Source of the DNA: a virus
Lineage: Duplodnaviria > Caudoviricetes
DNA: 64,000 nucleotides
IMG/VR virus record: IMGVR_UViG_3300018914_000001
Location: 32,001 to 96,000 of that record
Reading direction: 5' to 3' (one strand)
The position numbers were made by a program, and so were the translations under genes. The number at the start of each line of letters is the position of its first letter. Position 1 is the stretch's first letter. Shown piece after piece: positions 47,508 to 56,603 of the stretch. The notes below the pieces were generated by a model. It was not told where the DNA came from. It saw only the letters and a program-made list of their open reading frames with translations, and ran no database searches.

Positions 47508-47813
47508 TTACCAAAATTGAGCCATTTTAATTCGTCTTTTATACTCTTCTGCTTTAATACAACTGTGTGCACCTCTCTCTTTCATCCATCTTTCAACCAC
47601 TTCCCTTATATATTTAGGTATGGTTTCCCACGTCTTGCCCGCTGTAATACCTTCATAAACACCCATAGGCTCAGATGTAAGGGCGATAGTGGGCACATCT
47701 TTGACGATTATAAAACCATAGTCAGACCTGCCATACTTATGGTATCTAGCAATGGTTACTTGACCATTAAGAACACAATATACACACCAGTACTTATTTT
47801 CGAATAAGATCAT
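47508..47813 (-). CDS. cassette ORF
   Basis: GGAGTGTT RBS. Confidence 0.72.
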   Translation of the reverse strand: MILFENKYWCVYCVLNGQVTIARYHKYGRSDYGFIIVKDVPTIALTSEPMGVYEGITAGKTWETIPKYIREVVERWMKERGAHSCIKAEEYKRRIKMAQFW

Positions 47814-47892
47814 TTAAAACACTCCCTTGGAATTGTGAATTAACAACTCAATCAGCCTTAACATATTGCTGTTAAGGCTTATCAGTAGTTAA

Positions 47893-48306
47893 TTAACCAT
47901 AAATAAGCTCACCAAACAGGGCATATTGGAAAATGCAGTCATACGTGGTAGCGTCTGCATTTTCTAGGTCACAATCGAAAGGGCGTTCCATAGCATTCAG
48001 TTTAATGCCATCAAGGAGCTTTTTCTTTGTAAGCCGCAAGTCCTTTCCATCGTACTCTTCCACGTCACGGAAAACCACACTCTTGCGATTCAAAAGCAGA
48101 TGAGTTATCCATTGAGAGAGCGGAATACCCTTTGGCTTATCATCCCATTCCTTGCGGTCATTCTGAATTTGCGCCCAATAGTTAGTTCCACCCTCTACCG
48201 CGCCACAGATAACATTGTCAATGTCGTTTGCTGTCAAATTCAGAACGCTCTTTCCGTTGCGGACAGTTGCAATCACCTTTTCGGAATCGAAGTTGATAAG
48301 TGGCAT
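47893..48306 (-). CDS. cassette ORF, conserved phage protein
   Basis: AVEGGTNYWA...DADxxDCIFQYALFGELIYG-type motif. Confidence 0.75.
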   Translation of the reverse strand: MPLINFDSEKVIATVRNGKSVLNLTANDIDNVICGAVEGGTNYWAQIQNDRKEWDDKPKGIPLSQWITHLLLNRKSVVFRDVEEYDGKDLRLTKKKLLDGIKLNAMERPFDCDLENADATTYDCIFQYALFGELIYG

Positions 48307-48382
48307 ATAAAACACTCCTTTAGTATTTTAGTTAACACCATTAGACATATGATAAACTCATATGCCTTAGCTGTTAACTTTA

Positions 48383-48586
48383 TCAAACAGTGATGGACTC
48401 TATTTCCTCAAACTTAAATGTAAACTCCTGTACACCTTCTACCGTTTCATAGGCTAGTGTGACTGAATTTTTACAAATATCTAATACGTCACCATGCACA
48501 CATGCGCCGTCTCCATGAATAGTAACCATGCGACCATTTGCATATGCTTCTACAATCATGTTTAAGATATTCTCATATTGACTCAT
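48383..48586 (-). CDS. cassette ORF
   Basis: AGGGGTGTT RBS. Confidence 0.7.
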   Translation of the reverse strand: MSQYENILNMIVEAYANGRMVTIHGDGACVHGDVLDICKNSVTLAYETVEGVQEFTFKFEEIESITV

Positions 48587-48656
48587 ATATTAAACACCCC
48601 TTTAGTAATAATAATTAACACCATTGGAGCCACTATTGGTTAGTGACTCTTAGCTG

Positions 48657-48830
48657 TTAATTAAATCTTCCCTTATCCAATGCCCTTTGAAGATTGCGAG
48701 AGCGTCCCCTATCATGTCTAGCCGCCCCCAATTCACAACGAATTATAAAGGAGATGATGTAAGCGTAGTCATCAAATCGCTTATTAACACGAAAATCACG
48801 TTTAAATCTAGCTAGATCGCGCATTTGCAT
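48657..48830 (-). CDS. cassette ORF, 57 aa, basic
   Basis: Hand translation MQMRDLARFKR...; stop inside repeat. Confidence 0.55.
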   Translation of the reverse strand: MQMRDLARFKRDFRVNKRFDDYAYIISFIIRCELGAARHDRGRSRNLQRALDKGRFN

Positions 48831-48903
48831 TATGATATGCTCCTTTAATTATTAATTTAAATGCACAATTGCGCCCACTCATAGAGTGGACGCTGTTACG
48901 CAT

Positions 48904-49116
48904 TTAATTTTCATCATACCACACTTGACACTCTTCCCAAGTCACAAGGTCACACATTTCCTCATTCTGGTAAAACATCATGCGGATTCGATAGGCAATA
49001 CCTTCCACAAGATACCATTCATGTAATGATAAGGCGATTTGAAGAAGGTGAATTACCTCAGATTTACTCCATCTCTTTTTGGTTTTAAGAGATTCAATTA
49101 ACTGCTGTTTATTCAT
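48904..49116 (-). CDS. cassette ORF
   Basis: AGGAGTGTT RBS. Confidence 0.7.
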   Translation of the reverse strand: MNKQQLIESLKTKKRWSKSEVIHLLQIALSLHEWYLVEGIAYRIRMMFYQNEEMCDLVTWEECQVWYDEN

Positions 49117-49191
49117 GTGTAACACTCCTTTAGAGTAACATGTTTAACATGCTCTATTGAGCGAGTAATTTTTACTCACTCTAACAACATG

Positions 49192-49329
49192 CTAAATCAT
49201 GTCTCCATGACAGCCTATGTCATACTGTTCATAGCACTCTTTGCATTCAACACGTACTGCATCCTCATCAACAAGAATGATTCCATCGTGACAACCACAA
49301 TCGCATATGAACAAAATTCTAAAATCCAT
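49192..49329 (-). CDS. cassette ORF, 45-aa Zn-ribbon
   Basis: MDFRILFICDCGC...CKEC; AGGAGTGTT RBS. Confidence 0.6.
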   Translation of the reverse strand: MDFRILFICDCGCHDGIILVDEDAVRVECKECYEQYDIGCHGDMI

Positions 49330-49412
49330 TTACAACACTCCTTAATCAATTGTAGTAAGAGGTTAATTCCTCCAGTGGTTACATTAACAACGTTAATGTA
49401 ACCTAGCAGGAA

Positions 49413-49577
49413 TTAGAATTTGTCTTGTGAATCAATCCATTCTTCAGCCTCTTGCACACTGTCGCATTCCCATTCTAATTGCCCATCTTTGAAAATCCAG
49501 ATGGGATAACTAGCCTCATCACGTGCGGTAGTTTCTTTGATAATGTGACCTTTGTATTGTTTAATTTTCTTTGCCAT
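49413..49577 (-). CDS. cassette ORF, 54 aa
   Basis: MAKKIKQYKGHII...EAEEWIDS. Confidence 0.65.
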   Translation of the reverse strand: MAKKIKQYKGHIIKETTARDEASYPIWIFKDGQLEWECDSVQEAEEWIDSQDKF

Positions 49578-49646
49578 GTTTAACCACTCCTTTTAATTAA
49601 CTGCTCAATTGCCCATTACAGTATAGCTGTAATGGGCTATCAACGG

Positions 49647-49973
49647 TTAATTGGAGAAAATTTTCATGTAATAATATTCGTAAGTGAATTTAATTTTCTC
49701 TGTCACAACTCTACGCATATCGAGCATAGAATTAGACATCCTGTTATCTTCCAAGAGCTTAACAGCCTTCATCCCTTCCGCGATTTCCCAAAGAGAATTT
49801 GCAAGACGTTTTTCCTCTTGCAACATGTTATCCCATTTCTCTTCAGAAAGAGGAGAGTTGTTGAATGTACTTAACATTTCACTGAACATGTTTACATAGA
49901 CATCTTCAAAAATATTTTTTCCACCAAATTTAAAATTAAATTCAGCAATGTTAATATTAACTTTGTTAGACAT
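49647..49973 (-). CDS. cassette ORF
   Basis: AGGAGTGTT RBS before MSNKVN. Confidence 0.7.
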   Translation of the reverse strand: MSNKVNINIAEFNFKFGGKNIFEDVYVNMFSEMLSTFNNSPLSEEKWDNMLQEEKRLANSLWEIAEGMKAVKLLEDNRMSNSMLDMRRVVTEKIKFTYEYYYMKIFSN

Positions 49974-50059
49974 ACAAAACACTCCTTTAGTGTTAGTGTT
50001 AGTAGCATTTAACATGCTCTAGTGGATGGTTTACGTGTGTAAACCATCCTAACAGCAGG

Positions 50060-50386
50060 TTAAACAGAGAGTTCGAAATAGTTCTTGTTTTCGTTTTCGT
50101 CATTGCAAACAATGATTAACATGTTGTTTTCAGTGATACTGAAGTGGCTGACAGGCAGATACAAACCTTCATAAATAAGAATGTATTCATTGGTAGCGTT
50201 GTACATAGCGTAGCCATCAGAAGATGTATAAGCCAAGCCAAAAAAGTCAGACATGGAAGTAGTAAAACGATACCCATGTTCCTCTTCCATCCATTCAGCT
50301 AACATTGCCTCAATGCCGTGAAGTTCAATGTTGCTCATATCTTTTTTGAAGTTAACATTAAGTTGTTCAATTTTTCTGATTTCCAT
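50060..50386 (-). CDS. cassette ORF
   Basis: AGGGGTGTT RBS; stop inside repeat. Confidence 0.72.
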   Translation of the reverse strand: MEIRKIEQLNVNFKKDMSNIELHGIEAMLAEWMEEEHGYRFTTSMSDFFGLAYTSSDGYAMYNATNEYILIYEGLYLPVSHFSITENNMLIIVCNDENENKNYFELSV

Positions 50387-50459
50387 TTAATAACACCCCT
50401 TAATTTTATTTAAAAGCTCAATCACTTACTACAGCGCGACTGTAGTAAGCTATCAGCAA

Positions 50460-50630
50460 TTAAATAATAGTCATCATATGCGGTGCAACAGCAACGCGCC
50501 GCATGTAGGTGTTGTTAGATTCTAACCTAATTTCTTCTGCTACGCTCTCATGCTCCCAAGATTCAGTGTGTTCAGCGTAGTTTTCAGCGTCAATTGCTTC
50601 AATCAATTCATCTTCAAATGTGTATACCAT
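50460..50630 (-). CDS. cassette ORF, 56 aa, acidic
   Basis: MVYTFEDELIEAID...; stop inside repeat. Confidence 0.6.
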   Translation of the reverse strand: MVYTFEDELIEAIDAENYAEHTESWEHESVAEEIRLESNNTYMRRVAVAPHMMTII

Positions 50631-50700
50631 TTAAAATCACTCCTAATTAGTTTTAAAAGCAAAATGACCGCTACCAGTGTTGATAGCGGCTGTTTCACTT

Positions 50701-50937
50701 TTAATACTGTTTAATACCTGCTTCATTGAGCCATTGAAACAGTTCCCAAGGGTAGTTAAATTCCATTTGAAAAGAACCTACTGTAGAATCATCGTCACTT
50801 AATTCTGTAAATACTGCTTTAATTCTTAACCCCTCATCTGTGAAGGCATCAATTTTAAATCTTTTATCAACTTCAGCTTGATAAAGTTGACCTGTAAATG
50901 AGAAGTTAAAAGCACCAGTCACGAATAAATGTTTCAT
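50701..50937 (-). CDS. cassette ORF
   Basis: GGAGTGTG RBS before MKHLFV. Confidence 0.7.
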   Translation of the reverse strand: MKHLFVTGAFNFSFTGQLYQAEVDKRFKIDAFTDEGLRIKAVFTELSDDDSTVGSFQMEFNYPWELFQWLNEAGIKQY

Positions 50938-51008
50938 ATTTAACACACTCCTTAATGTGATTAACAGCAAAATTACTGCTACCAATGTTGATAGCAGTTG
51001 TTTCGATG

Positions 51009-51197
51009 TTAAGCGTTGTCTAATATCTCTAACAATTCTTGTAATACAAGTTTAAAATAAATACGTTCACTTACGACTGCCCGCCACTTCTTTGCCTCTC
51101 CTTCCATCTCCTTCTTCTCGCAAGAAAGGAGAAGAGATCGAGCAATTTCGATAGACTTACTTACATCGTCAATTTGTTTCATAAGATATTCTCTCAT
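51009..51197 (-). CDS. first cassette ORF of the array
   Basis: GGAGTGTG RBS before MREYL. Confidence 0.7.
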   Translation of the reverse strand: MREYLMKQIDDVSKSIEIARSLLLSCEKKEMEGEAKKWRAVVSERIYFKLVLQELLEILDNA

Positions 51198-51209
51198 ATT
51201 TAACACACT

Positions 51210-52238
51210 CCTTAGTTGAGTTAAAGTGCTGTTGATGAGTTCCGTTTTAGAAACGCATTAACAGCCCATTAAATCAGGCTGTAGAGACTTAATGGAAGAG
51301 GGGGAGAGGAACAGCAATACCCTGCTCTGCAATTGGTTCTAACTTCCAGTTTGCACCTACAAGTATTCTAAATCACGTTCCGCGCCGCCACGCTGTAGGC
51401 TCTAACCTTCCGTTTGCACCCATTGTTGGGACTTACATTGCTGTCTCCTCTCCCTCTCTCCCCTGTCTCGTTTGGAGTGTTAGGAGTGTTAGGAGTTGGC
51501 CTATTCCGCGCTCGTTTGGTGTATCACGCTGTTACACGCTTTCCCATTCTCGACCGCTTGACGCGCTTCACTGCCTCCCTCAACCATTCGCAAGCCACCT
51601 GAAGCATGACTCTGTTGACTAGTCGAGACAAGCCCTATAGCAAGCTATAGGCGTATCGTCGCACGTTCCCTTGGATTCCTCTACCTCTTTGCCTAACTCA
51701 CTGTCGCGCTTAACAGCGTGGACAGGAGACAAGTCCCTTATGGTTTGCTTCACGTATGGTATCGGACGTTAACAGACCTAGCAGGGATAGCAAGAGGATA
51801 GAGGCAGTTCAATGCCTATCCAATCAGGCTACAGTTTGAAGTTGTCAAGGTGCAGTAAAACGGTTAATCCCTCACGTTAGCTTGGGCCTCGATACAGTGA
51901 AGTGGACGGCAACTGCACAAACTTGCCTATAGATCAGCAAGCCCGCCATCAACCACCCTGCTAACGTGCCTCCTCTCGTTTCGTTAGGATTTCACCCCTC
52001 ACCTATGGTGTATCATGCCCTTTGACTGCCCTTTGAAGTCCCCGCCTATAGGGATGGTTCTGGCAATCTCTAGCCATGAGCCTCTAGGACTCTTGGAGTG
52101 ATTTAGACTAGTCGCACAGTGGGTTTTCAGGCTTGCATACGCCATGTTGCACCTGAACCTGTTGGCTGACTAGCATTGCGGTCTATTCAATTCTCTATTC
52201 GGTTGGTGTTGCGTCTTGCGTGTGTTGCGTGTGTTGCG
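51210..52238 (-). ncRNA. ~1-kb ORF-free 5' leader / putative structured RNA of the cassette operon
   Basis: Downstream of sigma-A promoter; visibly GC-richer than flanks; hairpins, internal repeats and tandem anti-RBS motifs. Confidence 0.5.
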
Positions 52239-52243
52239 AGATC

Positions 52244-52272
52244 AGAATAGCACACACGAACGATAATTGCAA
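52244..52272 (-). promoter_or_regulatory. sigma-A promoter of leader/cassette operon
   Basis: TTGCAA-17-TATTCT with extended -10 TG. Confidence 0.6.
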
Positions 52273-52411
52273 ATTCGTACATAATGTTCGTGTTTTTGGC
52301 TATTGATACGCTAAATTCGTGCTATAGTGTGGGGAAAGATGGCCAAAACACGAACATTTGTTTATTGGATAGTCAAGAACTAAACTTCTTCGGAGGGTTA
52401 AATGGATATTT

Positions 52412-52624
52412 TTCGACAAAAACTGACATAAGAAATAGGTCTTCAGACCCTTGACGAAATAGGTTGTAGCACTCAGATTAGAAACATTTTAGTCAAAATG
52501 GGACTTTAGCCCTAAACAAAATAGGACTCTAGACCTATTTTTAGATATTCGTCTAAATGTTTTTTTGGGACTTTAGACTAGACATAATTCTTCAAATTAC
52601 GACAAGTTTCGACAATTTTCGACA
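52412..52624. promoter_or_regulatory. Cluster of Spo0A (0A) boxes
   Basis: TTCGACA at 52412, 52608 and 52618 (plus TACGACA at 52598, 10-bp phased); TGACGAA at 52452. Confidence 0.55.
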
Positions 52625-52789
52625 GCATTCTACAGCTTAACATTATTAATGAACGGGTGTTCATAAATTTTTTTGTTTACAAATTGTGTCTATTTCACAC
52701 ACAATTTTCGCTGTCTGCATGGTCAGACTGCATGGGTAGACTCCCCTAGAAATGCCCTCTACAGCCTCTATAAGCCTCTCTGAGCGGTT

Positions 52790-53310
52790 TTACCCCCTAC
52801 ATAGGTATAATCCCTACCCCCTAGAGCAAAAGGGCAAAAGAAAGCGGTTTCAGAGTTAACGTATTAACTAAGTATTCCGATATGGTTAGTAGGAATTATA
52901 ATATTACCAATAGCAATAGTCGGAATTAAATATTAGTTATACATATCATATTTCTATCTATTTATATGGAATTAATGAAATTTATACTTGACATCCTATA
53001 ATTAACACAAATATACGAACATTTTATTGATGCTAGTGCGTATTGTTCGTATTTTGGGATACCCCCATGTAAGCGCTTTCATTGCCTCTCTAATGCGTTT
53101 ATTATTGCGCTCTACCTTAGGTATCACCTACCTTTGGGAAATTGAATACAGAGGAAATATGGAAAATACCTATACCCCCTATATGCCATACCCCCATAGG
53201 GTATACAGCATACCCCATATAGGTATCTAGAAACCTAGGTATATCAAGGATTATTCCTATCTTGACAAATGGAGAATGTCTAACTCTGCCATATACCCCC
53301 ATAGGGTATA
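52790..53310. repeat. Degenerate ATACCCC(C)ATAGG repeats
   Basis: Several copies, e.g. 53188-53205, 53210-53226, 53293-53310. Confidence 0.6.
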
Positions 53311-54241
53311 TATAGAGAGAATATTTGGAATTGTTTATTTCCCATACGCAACTCTATAGTAAATCAGTGATTAAGTTAATATTTATTATAATGTCATAAT
53401 AATAAAGGGAAAAGTAACATTAAGTAAATGTTAGAAAAAAATTCCATCCAGTATAGATGAAATAAGTAAATAACTGATTTGATTAGAAGAGGTTAATATT
53501 TATGATGAGTAGGATAAAGTAAATATCAACAAGAGAAATATAAATTTATAATAATACTAACTAAGCGTTGAATCATAGAAGTAATATTGAAGTAAGTAAA
53601 TAACTAGTATAATAAGGAAAGAGTAAAGAGAGTAACAAAAGAACACTACAAGATGTGTTAATAAAAGTAAGAGGCATTGTGTGAGAGGTGCTTGAAATAT
53701 ATATGAATAAAAAGAATTAATAGGATTAACATAGGTAAGTAAGCAGGTAGTGAAGTAAACGCTTAGATGTGTGTGAGTGAATGTGAGTAACAATGGAATA
53801 TATTAGGTTATGTTAGGTTATATTAATGTTATGTTAATATAAATATGGGGTAATGTGAATAGTGGTAATGTTGGGATAAGTGGGAATTTGTGTGGGGGAG
53901 TAGTCAGCCCCCGCGCTCCTGTTAATATATACGACACTAAAATTAATTTACTTTCCCTTGCTTCTTCGTAAACACGCATAGCAACAGTCAATTAATCGCG
54001 TTTGAATGTGTTAATGAATCGACGCTGAGCTAAGATCCCTGTACTCAGTCTATTATTACACAAAGATCATTAAAACTATTTACATCTATAAGCATTTAAT
54101 ACATAATGTCATCAAATGGTTTTTAGGTGACATCGGGAGGGGGGTGGTTTACACTTAAACAGTCAATAAGTTTACGGCCTACTGCCGCAGGTATTCCACC
54201 ACGACAGGCTACTATAAGCCACCCCTCCAACCCATCAGCCC

Positions 54242-54445
54242 CTATAATTTCCCTTTTACAATCCACCATACAATCTGCTTGACTAAATACCTCTTTGTTG
54301 ACATTCTGTATTCGCCATGTTGATTAGGGTGAAACTCATTTGCTAACTCATGCAATTGTGGCACTTCCATCTGATTTAATACTGAATAAAGAGCATAAAT
54401 ATCCCCTGTGTTTTTATACAGCTTTACGAGCGCATCTTTATTCAT
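54242..54445 (-). CDS. hypothetical protein
   Basis: AGGAGTG RBS. Confidence 0.65.
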   Translation of the reverse strand: MNKDALVKLYKNTGDIYALYSVLNQMEVPQLHELANEFHPNQHGEYRMSTKRYLVKQIVWWIVKGKL

Positions 54446-54547
54446 GACAACCCACTCCTTTTTTGCTAGGTAATTTTTACTCTTTTATAATTTTAGATAA
54501 TATCGCTTTCGTATAATGCTTTTACTATCAAGACTTAACATTGGATC

Positions 54548-54618
54548 AAATAAAGGAGCCTCCTGATATGAGGCTCCCTAGGGAGGCGTACCGAGATCAA
54601 GAAAGCCTCCAAAGCACA
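54548..54618 (-). ncRNA. putative sRNA
   Basis: Extended -10 TGGTATGAT; hairpin GGAGGC..GCCTCC; terminator GGAGCCTC/GAGGCTCC+T. Confidence 0.45.
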
Positions 54619-54668
54619 TATGTATCATACCATAATGCGATACTGGAAATACACAGGTGTTTATTACC

Positions 54669-54792
54669 AAAATAAAAAGACCCCCTGCTTCTAGTCAGGG
54701 GGATGGACTATTCATGTCCATGATAGAATTGTGGGCAAAATGTGCATACATATCAGGTGCATCTGATATTTTGCCAAAGGCAATATGCACTT
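54669..54792 (-). ncRNA. putative sRNA
   Basis: TTGACA-18-TATTAT promoter; nested stems; terminator CCCCCTG/CAGGGGG+T5. Confidence 0.5.
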
Positions 54793-55017
54793 AATATATA
54801 ATATCAGAAGGTAGCTTAAAATGTCAAGTGGAAAAATATAACAGTTTACTCCTAGACGAAAATAGCTTATACTAATAAGAACTCAGCAATGCATGAGTTA
54901 ACATCCATTGAGTCACCCTGCGCCAAACGATGTGCAGGGTGCTTTTGTATGCATAAGAGTAGAGAAGGGGGGTATATTAAAACCAGAAGATATAAAACAT
55001 ACAAAGGGGTGTATGAT

Positions 55018-55203
55018 ATGGTGAATACAGGGCAGTATATTGCGAAAGGTGTTGTTTGCATCGAAGATGCTATATCAATCAAGAGATTTGCACGTGAATT
55101 TGCAGACAATGAAGGCTCCAGCGATATACAATTTGCCGCTCTGGAACGCTTTGCAGAAGAACTCGAAAAAGCATTTTGCGTAGGAGAGTATAAAAAAAGA
55201 TGA
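55018..55203 (+). CDS. hypothetical protein
   Basis: AGGGGTG RBS before MVNTG. Confidence 0.6.
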   Translation: MVNTGQYIAKGVVCIEDAISIKRFAREFADNEGSSDIQFAALERFAEELEKAFCVGEYKKR

Positions 55204-55307
55204 ACGAAGAGCTAGCAAAGCAAGCGGTGAGAATAATAATTATAGCCATTTCTCTACTAATATTAATTGACATTTTATTCCCAAAGAAGAAAAAGGACAC
55301 TTGTTAG
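55200..55307 (+). CDS. 35-aa membrane peptide
   Basis: MNEELAKQAVRIIIIAISLLILIDILFPKKKKDTC; ATGA coupling. Confidence 0.5.
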   Translation: MNEELAKQAVRIIIIAISLLILIDILFPKKKKDTC

Positions 55308-55319
55308 AGTGTCCTTTTT
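55290..55319. terminator. bidirectional intrinsic terminator
   Basis: AAAAAGGACACT-loop-AGTGTCCTTTTT between convergent genes. Confidence 0.75.
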
Positions 55320-55356
55320 ACTTGCAGGTTAATTTCAGAAGAATAATAACCATGTC

Positions 55357-55575
55357 TCACGCCTCTTTAAATTCAGAATTATTTACTTCTTCACTATTTT
55401 CCACCTCAGGATAAAATTTAACCTCATATGCGCCATTAAGGATAGCCAAAGTAGTTTCTGTCAGACGATTACTGGTGGCGTTGTCAAACTCTCGAATCTC
55501 TTCGCCGCTGATGAGTTTGCAAACATTTGACAAATACTCTTCTGTTAAACGTTTAATTTCATCATACCTGTTCAT
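55357..55575 (-). CDS. hypothetical protein
   Basis: GGAGGAG RBS. Confidence 0.65.
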   Translation of the reverse strand: MNRYDEIKRLTEEYLSNVCKLISGEEIREFDNATSNRLTETTLAILNGAYEVKFYPEVENSEEVNNSEFKEA

Positions 55576-55817
55576 TGAACAACTCCTCCTTGTTATCGGG
55601 TATTTGGCTTACATCACCATATTATGCCCAAAACCTCATTTAAACACCCAAGTACGAGCAAAAATTTCTCTTCCATTATATAGAACAATTTCACTCCCAC
55701 CCCTTGCTTTACCAGATCGGTGAAACCCTATCGCGCATGAAAACCAGTTGCTAGAAATGACAAGCTCTGTTATAATTCAGTACAAATAGTTCACCTTTTA
55801 GGGGGGAGTGCACCCAA

Positions 55818-56594
55818 ATGCAATTGAATATATTTAATGTTGTTAACTTTAATGAAGAGGAGGGAGGTATCTATATACCTAATGAGATATTTAATGATAT
55901 TCAAGGTAAGCTCAGTGAAATTTCTTCACATGTAGCGTTTGCCTATTCTTATTATTACTTAATCACCTATTTGTATAGGTTTACAAAGTACAGATTAGGA
56001 GAAGGTTATTTTACGCAAGCAAAATTAAAGGAGTTTTTAGGATATAGCGCTACTAACAAGAAGGTCGATTTCATCATAAAAAAGGGTGGGGTATTAGATG
56101 AATTAGGCTACACAGAGACGATTACCGACTACCCTATCGACTGGCATTCTAATGATCTTAACATGATTGTATTCAAATATGTGCGATCATTAAAGAGCGA
56201 AGAAATGCAGGACGTAAATAAATCTGAAGTGAACAGCAGAAACTTCAAAGCCAAGAAGCCTGTCAAGGCATTCATGCGTGAAGGCTATGAATGCGGCACA
56301 TTCTATGGAGTGGAAAACACACATTACATACCTGTATACGATTTCCTACAGTGCATGTACGATAAGGAGCTAGGTATTAATGCCTTCTATCTTTATGGGT
56401 TTCTTAGAATGATGTATGACAAGTTTCCTAGAGGATACAAAGTATCTGCTCCTGAGCTAATGGACTTGACAGGATTAAAAAGAAGCACTCTGTTTAAATA
56501 CATGAGGAAGCTTGAACAGGAGAAATTTATCTCTGTAACCTCTGTGAAGGTGGGAGACAAAAACTTTCCTAATGTGTATAAGGTGATTCGCTGA
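55818..56594 (+). CDS. putative replication initiator / HTH DNA-binding protein
   Basis: C-terminal wHTH (ELMDLTGLKRSTLFKYMRKLEQEKFI...PNVY); immediately followed by AT-rich palindrome. Confidence 0.6.
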   Translation: MQLNIFNVVNFNEEEGGIYIPNEIFNDIQGKLSEISSHVAFAYSYYYLITYLYRFTKYRLGEGYFTQAKLKEFLGYSATNKKVDFIIKKGGVLDELGYTETITDYPIDWHSNDLNMIVFKYVRSLKSEEMQDVNKSEVNSRNFKAKKPVKAFMREGYECGTFYGVENTHYIPVYDFLQCMYDKELGINAFYLYGFLRMMYDKFPRGYKVSAPELMDLTGLKRSTLFKYMRKLEQEKFISVTSVKVGDKNFPNVYKVIR

Positions 56595-56603
56595 ACTTTA
56601 GGT

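Larger units (their letters stand above)
37436..51265 (-). repeat. Array of ~40 conserved intergenic hairpin repeats delimiting short gene cassettes
   Basis: Plus-strand consensus TTAACTGCTCAAT-[variable palindrome]-CTGTTCAACAGTTA, e.g. near 37436, 37921, 38283, 38880, 39565, 40114, 40607, 40872, 41194, 41535, 42458, 44639, 44934, 45615; variant TTAACACCAT..TAGCTGTTAA at 47-48.7 kb. Confidence 0.92.

Noticed and set aside
37436-51265. CRISPR array
   Set aside because: Units are separated by 150-500 bp ORFs with their own RBSs, the repeats have variable cores, and no cas genes are present.
51335-51420. c-di-GMP-I riboswitch suggested by GCAAAC motifs
   Set aside because: The GNRA tetraloop/receptor two-hairpin architecture is not found, so it is kept only as an unexplained duplicated motif.
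53027-53793. ORFs in the low-complexity region
   Set aside because: These are composition-driven open frames with no RBS.
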